A DNA stretch of 32,000 nt, from assembly GCF_000009045.1 (NCBI RefSeq), contig NC_000964.3:4080001-4112000 (forward strand), read 5' to 3'. Of this stretch, positions 11,845 through 18,925 are shown piece after piece (position 1 is the stretch's first letter; each line of letters opens with the position of its first letter). Below the pieces are notes generated by a model. The model worked only from the letters and a program-made list of their open reading frames with translations. It had not been told where the DNA came from and searched no databases. The DNA is from Bacillus subtilis subsp. subtilis str. 168 (GTDB lineage Bacteria > Bacillota > Bacilli > Bacillales > Bacillaceae). The position numbers were made by a program, and so were the translations under genes.

Positions 11845-12666
11845 ATGGGAAGACTTGAAAACAAAACAGCAGTTATCACAGGCGCCGCGACAGGCATTGG
11901 TCAAGCGACGGCGGAGGTTTTTGCCAATGAAGGCGCGCGTGTGATCATCGGAGATATCAATAAAGATCAAATGGAAGAAACAGTTGACGCAATCAGAAAA
12001 AACGGAGGACAGGCCGAATCCTTTCACCTCGATGTGTCAGATGAAAACAGTGTGAAAGCATTTGCTGATCAAATCAAGGATGCATGCGGAACGATTGATA
12101 TTCTGTTTAATAATGCCGGCGTTGATCAGGAAGGCGGAAAGGTGCACGAATATCCGGTTGACCTGTTTGACCGCATTATCGCCGTCGACCTGCGCGGCAC
12201 ATTCCTTTGCAGCAAATATTTGATTCCGCTCATGCTCGAAAATGGAGGCTCCATCATCAACACCTCCTCCATGTCAGGCCGTGCCGCGGACCTTGACCGC
12301 TCCGGCTACAACGCCGCAAAAGGCGGTATCACCAACCTGACAAAGGCAATGGCAATCGACTACGCACGAAACGGCATCCGCGTCAATTCCATTTCACCGG
12401 GCACGATCGAAACACCGCTGATTGACAAATTAGCAGGCACAAAAGAACAGGAAATGGGCGAACAATTCCGCGAAGCCAACAAATGGATCACGCCGCTCGG
12501 ACGTCTTGGCCAGCCCAAAGAAATGGCAACAGTGGCACTGTTCCTCGCATCAGACGACAGCTCATACGTCACAGGAGAAGACATCACCGCAGACGGCGGC
12601 ATCATGGCGTACACATGGCCTGGGAAGATGCTGATTGAGGAGAAATGGAAGGAAGAAACGAAATAA
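11845..12666 (+). CDS. yxbG: short-chain dehydrogenase/reductase
   Basis: 273 aa, MGRLENKTAVITGAATGIGQA...YNAAKGGITNLTKAMA. Rossmann TGxxxGIG and YxxxK motifs; GGAGG RBS. Confidence 0.92.
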   Translation: MGRLENKTAVITGAATGIGQATAEVFANEGARVIIGDINKDQMEETVDAIRKNGGQAESFHLDVSDENSVKAFADQIKDACGTIDILFNNAGVDQEGGKVHEYPVDLFDRIIAVDLRGTFLCSKYLIPLMLENGGSIINTSSMSGRAADLDRSGYNAAKGGITNLTKAMAIDYARNGIRVNSISPGTIETPLIDKLAGTKEQEMGEQFREANKWITPLGRLGQPKEMATVALFLASDDSSYVTGEDITADGGIMAYTWPGKMLIEEKWKEETK

Positions 12667-12690
12667 GAGAGGGAGCCCCCTCTCTTTTTG
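12666..12690. terminator. terminator after yxbG
   Basis: AGAGAGGG-agcc-CCCTCTCT followed by TTTT, overlapping the yxbG stop codon. Confidence 0.8.
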
Positions 12691-12694
12691 TCTT

Positions 12695-13837
12695 TTAAAG
12701 CAATACAACCTTATATTTCTTCACATCCAAAAACTGCAAAAACTCCCTCGCCAGCACTTCAGGCGGATGCGCCTTTCCTTCATCCAGCCGATACAAAAGC
12801 AACCCGATAATCATTGCGGATACATAATGGGCATAAAGCTTTTTCTCTGCGTGAATATCAGTTTGCTGATGCAGATAAAACGATTCCAGCGCTTTGAACA
12901 TATCAGGTATCACATGAGGAACACCCCATTCCCGATTGAGAAAATGGACAATGGGCATGTTTGACAAAGCAGAAAGCAGAATGGCGAGCGCCTTCTCCGC
13001 TTCCTTTAAGGAAAATTCATTCGGGCTGGAGGCAATCGTCAGGTGATCAATGATCTCCGCACATGATCGCTGTATCATGGTTTGGAGCAATTCCTCCTTA
13101 TTGGCATAGTGATCATAAAAGGTTGCACGGCGGATATTGCTTTTACGCGTAATATCTGAAATCGTGATGCCCGCGTAGTCTTGTTTCTCCGCCAATACAT
13201 CCAGAAATGCCTTCTGCAGCGCCTCTCTCGTTCGAACCACCCGCCTGTCGATTTGCTTCTCCTTCTCTCGCTCTCCTGGCACAGCTTTTCCAAACAGCCA
13301 ATAAAACCGCTTTTGAGAAACAAGCTCCCATACCTTCTGGCTGATGGCTTCAGGAGACGCGGCCGCATCCTCATTCAGCCAATACAGGATAATCGCGTAC
13401 GTGTACAAGGCCCGATAATGTCCATAAATGTCCCGTTCAATCGGCGTTAAATTCACATGGATCGGAGCCAGCAGCACATCCTGCTGAAACACATCCTTAA
13501 AAAAACGATGAAAATGTCCTCTGTTCATCATCACAGAAAAAAAGGAACGATGCTCATGAACAAAGGACAGCGTCGGATGCACCGTTTGCCGTTTTTTGTT
13601 CAAATGAAGGGTATCCATATGACTGAAGGCGTCAAAAAGCGCTTTGCCCAGTCCTTCCTTCATGTCTTCGATCACATCCTCAATGATTGAAAACTTATCC
13701 TCATAATAAAGGTAGAGCGATCCGCGGCTCACTTTGGCCTTCTCAGCGATTTCTTTCATTGTGATGTGTTGAATATCTCTATCTTTCAATAAAGCCAGCA
13801 GCGCCTCTTTCACTTGAGCTTCGGCAGATTCCGGCAC
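12695..13837 (-). CDS. yxbF: TetR-family transcriptional regulator with two TetR-like HTH segments
   Basis: 380 aa from GTG 13837 with upstream GGAGG. Two HTH regions: ITMKEIAEKAKVSRGSLYLYYEDKFSI and ITISDITRKSNIRRATFYDHYANKEEL. Confidence 0.88.
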   Translation of the reverse strand: MPESAEAQVKEALLALLKDRDIQHITMKEIAEKAKVSRGSLYLYYEDKFSIIEDVIEDMKEGLGKALFDAFSHMDTLHLNKKRQTVHPTLSFVHEHRSFFSVMMNRGHFHRFFKDVFQQDVLLAPIHVNLTPIERDIYGHYRALYTYAIILYWLNEDAAASPEAISQKVWELVSQKRFYWLFGKAVPGEREKEKQIDRRVVRTREALQKAFLDVLAEKQDYAGITISDITRKSNIRRATFYDHYANKEELLQTMIQRSCAEIIDHLTIASSPNEFSLKEAEKALAILLSALSNMPIVHFLNREWGVPHVIPDMFKALESFYLHQQTDIHAEKKLYAHYVSAMIIGLLLYRLDEGKAHPPEVLAREFLQFLDVKKYKVVLL

Positions 13838-13979
13838 AAAAGACACCTCCAATCATTAGACAGATCTTAGATATATGTACGGTAACGTATAGATGGTTCA
13901 CCGTTGTCTTTCTTACAGAAAAGGTACCACCTTATAATAGGTCCGAGAAAAGAAGAAAGCAAATGAGGGGGATTTTACA

Positions 13980-15317
13980 ATGGAACAGCAAGTAAAGGAC
14001 GACATCCAGCGTGTCTTTCAGCTTCAGAAAAAACAGCAAAAAGCCTTGCGCGCTTCAACAGCGGAACAGCGGAGAGAAAAGCTTCAACGCTTTTTAGATT
14101 CCGTCATCGCCCATGAAGAAGAAATCATCGAAGCGATCCGCAAAGACGTCCGCAAACCATATCACGAAGTCAAAAAAGCGGAAATCGAAGGAACAAAAAA
14201 AGCGATTAGAGATAATATGAATAACCTGGAACAATGGATGGCGCCTAAAGAAGTCGGTTCATCGTTAAGCCCTGACGCAAACGGAATTCTTATGTACGAG
14301 CCTAAAGGCGTCACACTCATCCTCGGCCCGTGGAACTATCCGTTTATGCTGACGATGGCGCCGCTTGCCGCTTCTCTCGCAGCCGGAAACAGCGCGATTG
14401 TGAAGCTGTCCGATTTCACGATGAACACGAGCAACATTGCTGCTAAAGTAATAAGAGACGCTTTTGATGAAAAAGAAGTCGCGATTTTTGAAGGAGAGGT
14501 TGAGGTGGCAACCGAACTACTTGATCAGCCGTTCGACCATATTTTCTTCACTGGAAGCACAAATGTCGGGAAAATTGTCATGACAGCGGCTGCCAAACAC
14601 TTGGCATCTGTCACACTTGAGCTTGGCGGCAAGAGCCCGACGATCATTGACAGTGAATACGATCTGATGGACGCAGCGAAAAAGATCGCCGTCGGGAAAT
14701 TCGTAAACGCCGGCCAAACCTGCATCGCACCTGATTACCTGTTCATTAAAAAAGACGTTCAGGACAGGTTCGCGGGGATTTTACAAACAGTCGTCAACGC
14801 TGGATTTATGGAGGATGATCATACCCCAGACCGCAGCAAATTTACGCAGATCGTCAATGACCGCAACTTCAACCGCGTCAAAGATCTGTTCGACGATGCC
14901 ATCGAAAGAGGGGCGGAAGTGGTGTTCGGCGGCGTATTCGATGCCAGCGACCGCACGATCTCGCCAACCGTTTTGAAAAACGTCACGCCTGACATGAAAA
15001 TCATGCAGGAGGAAATCTTCGCATCGATCCTGCCAATGATGAACTATGAAGACATCGACGAGGTCATCGATTACGTAAATGACCGCGATAAACCGCTTGC
15101 ACTTTATGTGTTCAGCAAAAACCAAGATCTGATTGACAACGTCCTTCAGCACACGACATCAGGAAATGCCGCCATCAATGATGTCGTCGTCCATTTCAGT
15201 GACGTCAACCTGCCATTCGGCGGCGTCAACACAAGCGGAATCGGCTCCTATCATGGGGTATACGGATTCAAAGAGTTTTCTCATGAGAAGGGTGTATTTA
15301 TTCAGGCCGCTGAATAA
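13980..15317 (+). CDS. aldX: aldehyde dehydrogenase
   Basis: 445 aa, ALDH motifs VTLELGGKSPTIID and GKFVNAGQTCIAPDY. Confidence 0.92.
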   Translation: MEQQVKDDIQRVFQLQKKQQKALRASTAEQRREKLQRFLDSVIAHEEEIIEAIRKDVRKPYHEVKKAEIEGTKKAIRDNMNNLEQWMAPKEVGSSLSPDANGILMYEPKGVTLILGPWNYPFMLTMAPLAASLAAGNSAIVKLSDFTMNTSNIAAKVIRDAFDEKEVAIFEGEVEVATELLDQPFDHIFFTGSTNVGKIVMTAAAKHLASVTLELGGKSPTIIDSEYDLMDAAKKIAVGKFVNAGQTCIAPDYLFIKKDVQDRFAGILQTVVNAGFMEDDHTPDRSKFTQIVNDRNFNRVKDLFDDAIERGAEVVFGGVFDASDRTISPTVLKNVTPDMKIMQEEIFASILPMMNYEDIDEVIDYVNDRDKPLALYVFSKNQDLIDNVLQHTTSGNAAINDVVVHFSDVNLPFGGVNTSGIGSYHGVYGFKEFSHEKGVFIQAAE

Positions 15318-15326
15318 TCGCATGAT

Positions 15327-15360
15327 CAAAAGGCGCTTCCTTAGAGGAGCGCCTTTTATT
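15327..15360. terminator. bidirectional terminator between aldX and yxbD
   Basis: AAAAGGCGCTTCC-ttaga-GGAGCGCCTTTT, with one bulged T in the stem. Confidence 0.8.
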
Positions 15361-15835
15361 GTAACTCCTTGACCAAAAGCAATTCATCACGGATAGGTAT
15401 TTTATTATCTGCCAGTAAAGGAATTTCGGGCTTCATCTTTCTGGCCGTCTCGACTGCATTCACAAATAGTCGATCCAACCGGTACCCTCTCTTCTGATAA
15501 AACGCTAATGCATGAATATTATCATTGGTTGTGATCAGTTTTATTTGTTTGATATTTCTCTCTCTGCATGCTTCCTCGGCTTTCTCTAGCAGAGCTGTTC
15601 CGATCCCTTTATTCTCAATGACACTATCCAGCGAAATGATTTCACAGGCATCTTCTTCAAATATGTATGTAATAAGGCCAACAATCTGGTTATCATCGTT
15701 GAGCATTCCATAACCATCTAATTCATCGCAGTTATAAATACCGCTAGAAATAACCATTTGCGGACTGCCCCAGTGTTTTTGAAAAAACGCGGAAACAAGA
15801 TCTTTAGGTACCTGGCATGTCGGAATAATATTCAT
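15356..15835 (-). CDS. yxbD: GNAT-family N-acetyltransferase
   Basis: 159 aa with ISLDSVIENKGIGTALLEKAEEACRERNIKQIKLITTNDNIHALAFYQKRGYR, matching GNAT motif A and the C-terminal YxxxGF-like motif. Confidence 0.88.
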   Translation of the reverse strand: MNIIPTCQVPKDLVSAFFQKHWGSPQMVISSGIYNCDELDGYGMLNDDNQIVGLITYIFEEDACEIISLDSVIENKGIGTALLEKAEEACRERNIKQIKLITTNDNIHALAFYQKRGYRLDRLFVNAVETARKMKPEIPLLADNKIPIRDELLLVKELQ

Positions 15836-15914
15836 ATTTTCCTCCTTTTAGCTGAACAAAAATAAGAGAATTAACAACCTATTTTATGTCATTAATCCCC
15901 TTATCTAGTATTTA

Positions 15915-16907
15915 CTAGAACTTATAACTTGTCAAAAGCTGTCTGAATACCAATTGCGTGGATTGATAAGGATCAAAATCTGAATCCTGAGATTGGAAGA
16001 TTTGCTCTGGGGTCAATGTCTCTGCGTTCTCTGATAACGTTTGAATCAGACTTTCCAAATATCCATTTAACTCTGATTTGGACGATTCATGTAGGGATTG
16101 ATGATTTACAGCGAGTTCTCTAAATCTGTTATCACTGATTAATTTTTTTCGAAGAGCTGCTAGCATCAAGTCAAGCCATGCAGGCTGGCCAAATGTAATA
16201 TTTAAAGCTAACGTTGCTTGATCAGATTTGGTGGAGTGCCATAAACCTCTTGGCAAATACAGCATGGTTCCCGGTGTTAAATTAACGATTTCTGCATCTG
16301 GCAGATCCTCTTTTGGCGGATCTCCTTTCCAATATGACTGTAAATCATCAGGATAGTAAGGAGCCTCTGATAAATCATAGTGCTGCATTGGATTGCTCAC
16401 ATTTTCATTCTTGGCAAGCTTCCATGTTTTCTCACCTTGAATTTGAAAAATCAAGTTGGTGTAGGCGTCAAAATGGGCTTTGAATCCCCCGCCATTTTTC
16501 GCCGCGTAAACAATGGCTTTGGAAGAAGTACCCGCAGGCAGTCTTAATTCCGCTTTGAGTTTTTCTATCCACCTTCTGACTTGGGGAATAAATAGGTCGG
16601 TGAAATCAAACTCTAATGCAGCCCCTTTTTCATACCACTCTAAAGCCTCTGCAGGTGACACAAGAAATCTGTCTGTGATCCCTTCAGATTCTTCAATCAC
16701 AGCATCACCAACGACCATGACTGGATTATTGTAGATAGCCAATACGTTTTCTAGCGTTCTAACCTTTTCAAACCCCGGTATGCTTGTAAATCTCTCCACT
16801 TCTCCTCTGGCTACCAAAGGTTTTACAGGCCAATATTCTTCTAAAAACTCACTCATCGTTACAGGACTGATGATAGACTCCAAAACCGATTCGGTTACAG
16901 CACTCAT
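15915..16907 (-). CDS. yxbC: JmjC/cupin-like Fe(II)/2-oxoglutarate-type oxygenase (ribosomal-oxygenase-like architecture)
   Basis: 330 aa from ATG 16907. HFDAYTNLIFQIQGEKTWKL (HxD metal triad), LYLPRGLWHSTKSDQATLALNITFG (distal His), and N-terminal FLEEYWPVKPLVARGEVERFTSIPG. Confidence 0.8.
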   Translation of the reverse strand: MSAVTESVLESIISPVTMSEFLEEYWPVKPLVARGEVERFTSIPGFEKVRTLENVLAIYNNPVMVVGDAVIEESEGITDRFLVSPAEALEWYEKGAALEFDFTDLFIPQVRRWIEKLKAELRLPAGTSSKAIVYAAKNGGGFKAHFDAYTNLIFQIQGEKTWKLAKNENVSNPMQHYDLSEAPYYPDDLQSYWKGDPPKEDLPDAEIVNLTPGTMLYLPRGLWHSTKSDQATLALNITFGQPAWLDLMLAALRKKLISDNRFRELAVNHQSLHESSKSELNGYLESLIQTLSENAETLTPEQIFQSQDSDFDPYQSTQLVFRQLLTSYKF

Positions 16908-16971
16908 ATTATCCCTCCCAAAAAAAGTAACTTCACCACAAAGATATAACATTTTTTTCTAAAAGTAAATA

Positions 16972-16998
16972 TTGACAGAATTATCAGAGGATTATAAT
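16972..16998 (+). promoter_or_regulatory. possible SigA-type promoter upstream of the small peptide ORFs
   Basis: TTGACA (16972-16977) and TATAAT (16993-16998) with a suboptimal 15-nt spacer, about 50 nt upstream of the first ATG. Confidence 0.45.
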
Positions 16999-17048
16999 AT
17001 TTAGTTGTGCGTGATAGCCTATTTTTTTACAAGGAAGGAGGGAAAAGG

Positions 17049-17117
17049 ATGAAAAAGGCTTATAAGAAACCTCGTCTTTTTGAACTGCGCCGTGCTGTAG
17101 CAGCTGGCGGCCATTAA
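17049..17117 (+). CDS. 22-aa putative precursor/scaffold peptide, copy 1
   Basis: ATG...TAA encodes MKKAYKKPRLFELRRAVAAGGH; AAGGAAGGAGGG RBS immediately upstream. Below the ORF-track cutoff. Confidence 0.85.
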   Translation: MKKAYKKPRLFELRRAVAAGGH

Positions 17118-17166
17118 TCTCATATAGCATTTGACATCTAGTACTCTATTTTAGGAGGGATGCTCA

Positions 17167-17235
17167 ATGAAAAAAGCTTATAAGAAACCTCGCCTTTTTG
17201 AACTGCGCCGTGCTGTAGCAGCTGGCGGCCATTAA
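17167..17235 (+). CDS. 22-aa putative precursor/scaffold peptide, copy 2
   Basis: Encodes MKKAYKKPRLFELRRAVAAGGH; AGGAGGG RBS upstream. Differs from copy 1 only at AAG/AAA and CGT/CGC, both synonymous. Confidence 0.88.
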   Translation: MKKAYKKPRLFELRRAVAAGGH

Positions 17236-17284
17236 TCTCATATAGCATTTGACATCTAGTACTCTATTTTAGGAGGGATGCTCA

Positions 17285-17353
17285 ATGAAAAAAGCTTATA
17301 AGAAACCTCGCCTTTTTGAATTGCGCCGCGCTGTAGCAGCTGGCGGTCATTAA
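17285..17353 (+). CDS. 22-aa putative precursor/scaffold peptide, copy 3
   Basis: Encodes MKKAYKKPRLFELRRAVAAGGH; AGGAGGG RBS upstream. Differs from copy 2 only by CTG/TTG, CGT/CGC and GGC/GGT, all synonymous. Confidence 0.88.
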   Translation: MKKAYKKPRLFELRRAVAAGGH

Positions 17354-17415
17354 TCTTATCCAAAACGATTAACGTTTGAGGCTATCACGCCAACTTGATA
17401 AGGAGGATGCTGAAG

Positions 17416-18150
17416 ATGATTACGGCTGAAGAATGCAGAACGTACAAAGAATTTGTTGATCTTTACCAATCCTATCTTTACCCCTTGCTTGGCGCCAGAC
17501 TGTCCCGGATGTATTCCCCCAAAAACAAAGTCATTATCGATATGGGCACAGGTCCAGGTTATTTAAGCATTCAGTTGGCTAAAAGAACAAATGCGCACGT
17601 GCATGCTGTCGATATTAACCCGGCCATGCATGAAATCGCTCAAGAAGAAGCTAAAAAAAGCGGAGTAAGCAGCCTGATTTCATTTGATTTGGAAGATGTC
17701 CACCATTTATCTTACGCTGACCAATATGCTGACTTCATCGTCTCCTACTCTTGCCTGCATCATTGGGAAGACGTTGTTAAAGGACTTAAAGAGTGCTATA
17801 GAGTTCTGGCTCCGGGCGGAAAAATTGTCATTTTGGATACATTTAATCCCCAAGGAAGCCATTTAGAGATTATGCGAAAACAAATCAAAGAACCGGAATA
17901 CTTCAGGTTTGTAAGAGAGGCATTTGAAGAAAGTTATTCCTTTGAAGACATTCACCAGTTTGTTCAGGATGCCGGCATTCCCAATTATTCATTAGAAACC
18001 TTTCACTTTTTACCGGAGGATTTTATAGAAAGCTTAGATGAGCTGGAGGATGCTCCCCTGTGGGAACAAAATGATCAAAGTACTGATCATGAAATTGAGT
18101 CTGTCACATGGATGTTAACGATAGAAAAAGAAAAGGAAGGTGCATTGTAA
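17416..18150 (+). CDS. yxbB: class I SAM-dependent methyltransferase
   Basis: 244 aa from ATG 17416 after AAGGAGG. Motif [19 protein letters not shown], motif II VDINPAM, and [13 protein letters not shown]. Confidence 0.9.
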
Positions 18151-18419
18151 TGATCAATGAATCAACTGTTTTATCCAAAAATCCAGAAATGCCATCAAGA
18201 AAATATTTGAAAAGCATTATTATAGAGCCGGGCATCACTTTAAATGAAATGGCATCAGATATTTATAACCATATCGACGGCAAGGTCAGCATACATGATA
18301 TTTGCTCAAAAATCGTCAATGAATATGATGTTGATTATCAAACCTGCTTAGAAGATTGTATGGAGCTGTTTGAGTTGCTTATTGATCATGAAGCAATCAA
18401 AGTTAAGCAGGGGGCATGA
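18150..18419 (+). CDS. yxbA: PqqD-like small protein (candidate RiPP recognition element)
   Basis: 89 aa. ATG overlaps the yxbB stop (TAATG). [61 protein letters not shown] fits the PqqD pattern LN...A..I....DG..T...I...L...YdV......D....l..L...g. Confidence 0.75.
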
Positions 18420-18422
18420 GAA

Positions 18423-18905
18423 TTGGAAAAACAAAAAGTGCTTGCTTTACCAGACGATGTACATGAGCTGAGTACACACCGTTCTAAATCAATCGTAAAT
18501 TACATCATCACTCTGCTTGCCTTTGCCAAAAAACAAGGATTGACTCATCAAGATATTGTAAGCTGGATTCACGAGCAATATGAGGAAAGAGGATATTATG
18601 ATGAGTGGAGACACATTAACAGCCAACAACCAGTTGGATCATTTGTGGAACTCTTTATAAAAGGAAGACGTTTACTTTATGACAAAATTGAATTGTTTGA
18701 AACAGAAGATAAATATGTCGTAAATACCCACACTTGGTATGAAAAAGAACCTAGTGAGGCCTTTTTTTATTTTGAAATTGATCCCGAAGAATTTTCTGCG
18801 TACGCTTCCATTCTCGCAATCGAAAACGCAAAACGTCTCGGAATTAAAATCGATATTGTAAAAGAAACAGATGTAGAGACAGCTTATATCTATAAACATC
18901 AATAA
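18423..18905 (+). CDS. yxnB: conserved protein of unknown function in the peptide cluster
   Basis: 160-aa ORF from TTG 18423, 3 nt after yxbA, preceded by AGGGGG. Translation MEKQKVLALPDDVHELSTHRSKSIVNYIITLL. Confidence 0.8.
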   Translation: MEKQKVLALPDDVHELSTHRSKSIVNYIITLLAFAKKQGLTHQDIVSWIHEQYEERGYYDEWRHINSQQPVGSFVELFIKGRRLLYDKIELFETEDKYVVNTHTWYEKEPSEAFFYFEIDPEEFSAYASILAIENAKRLGIKIDIVKETDVETAYIYKHQ

Positions 18906-18925
18906 CGCTATTGGGAGGGAGACAT

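Larger units (their letters stand above)
17049..17353 (+). repeat. 118-bp tandem repeat, 2 full units and one partial, each carrying an identical small ORF
   Basis: ATG starts at 17049, 17167 and 17285 give an exact 118-bp period. The 49-nt spacer TCTCATATAGCATTTGACATCTAGTACTCTATTTTAGGAGGGATGCTCA is identical in both intervals. Confidence 0.95.

Noticed and set aside
14517-15152. Minus-strand ORFs inside aldX
   Set aside because: They are antisense to a well-supported aldehyde dehydrogenase and have no independent coding evidence.
17049-17353. Tandem repeat considered as a CRISPR-like array or simple satellite
   Set aside because: The period is 118 bp, the repeated part is a complete ORF with RBS, variation is only synonymous, and there are no unique spacers or cas genes.
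17362-17377. AAACG-attaa-CGTTT dyad between the last peptide ORF and yxbB, considered as an attenuator
   Set aside because: Only a 5-bp AT-rich stem with no T tract, too weak to claim termination. RNA-seq read-through would be needed.
18911-18925. ORF-track start of asnH (MGGRHMCGLAG...)
   Set aside because: The Asn-synthetase fold requires Cys2 at the N-terminus, and the TTG at 18911 overlaps the Shine-Dalgarno region. ATG at 18926 is the supported start.
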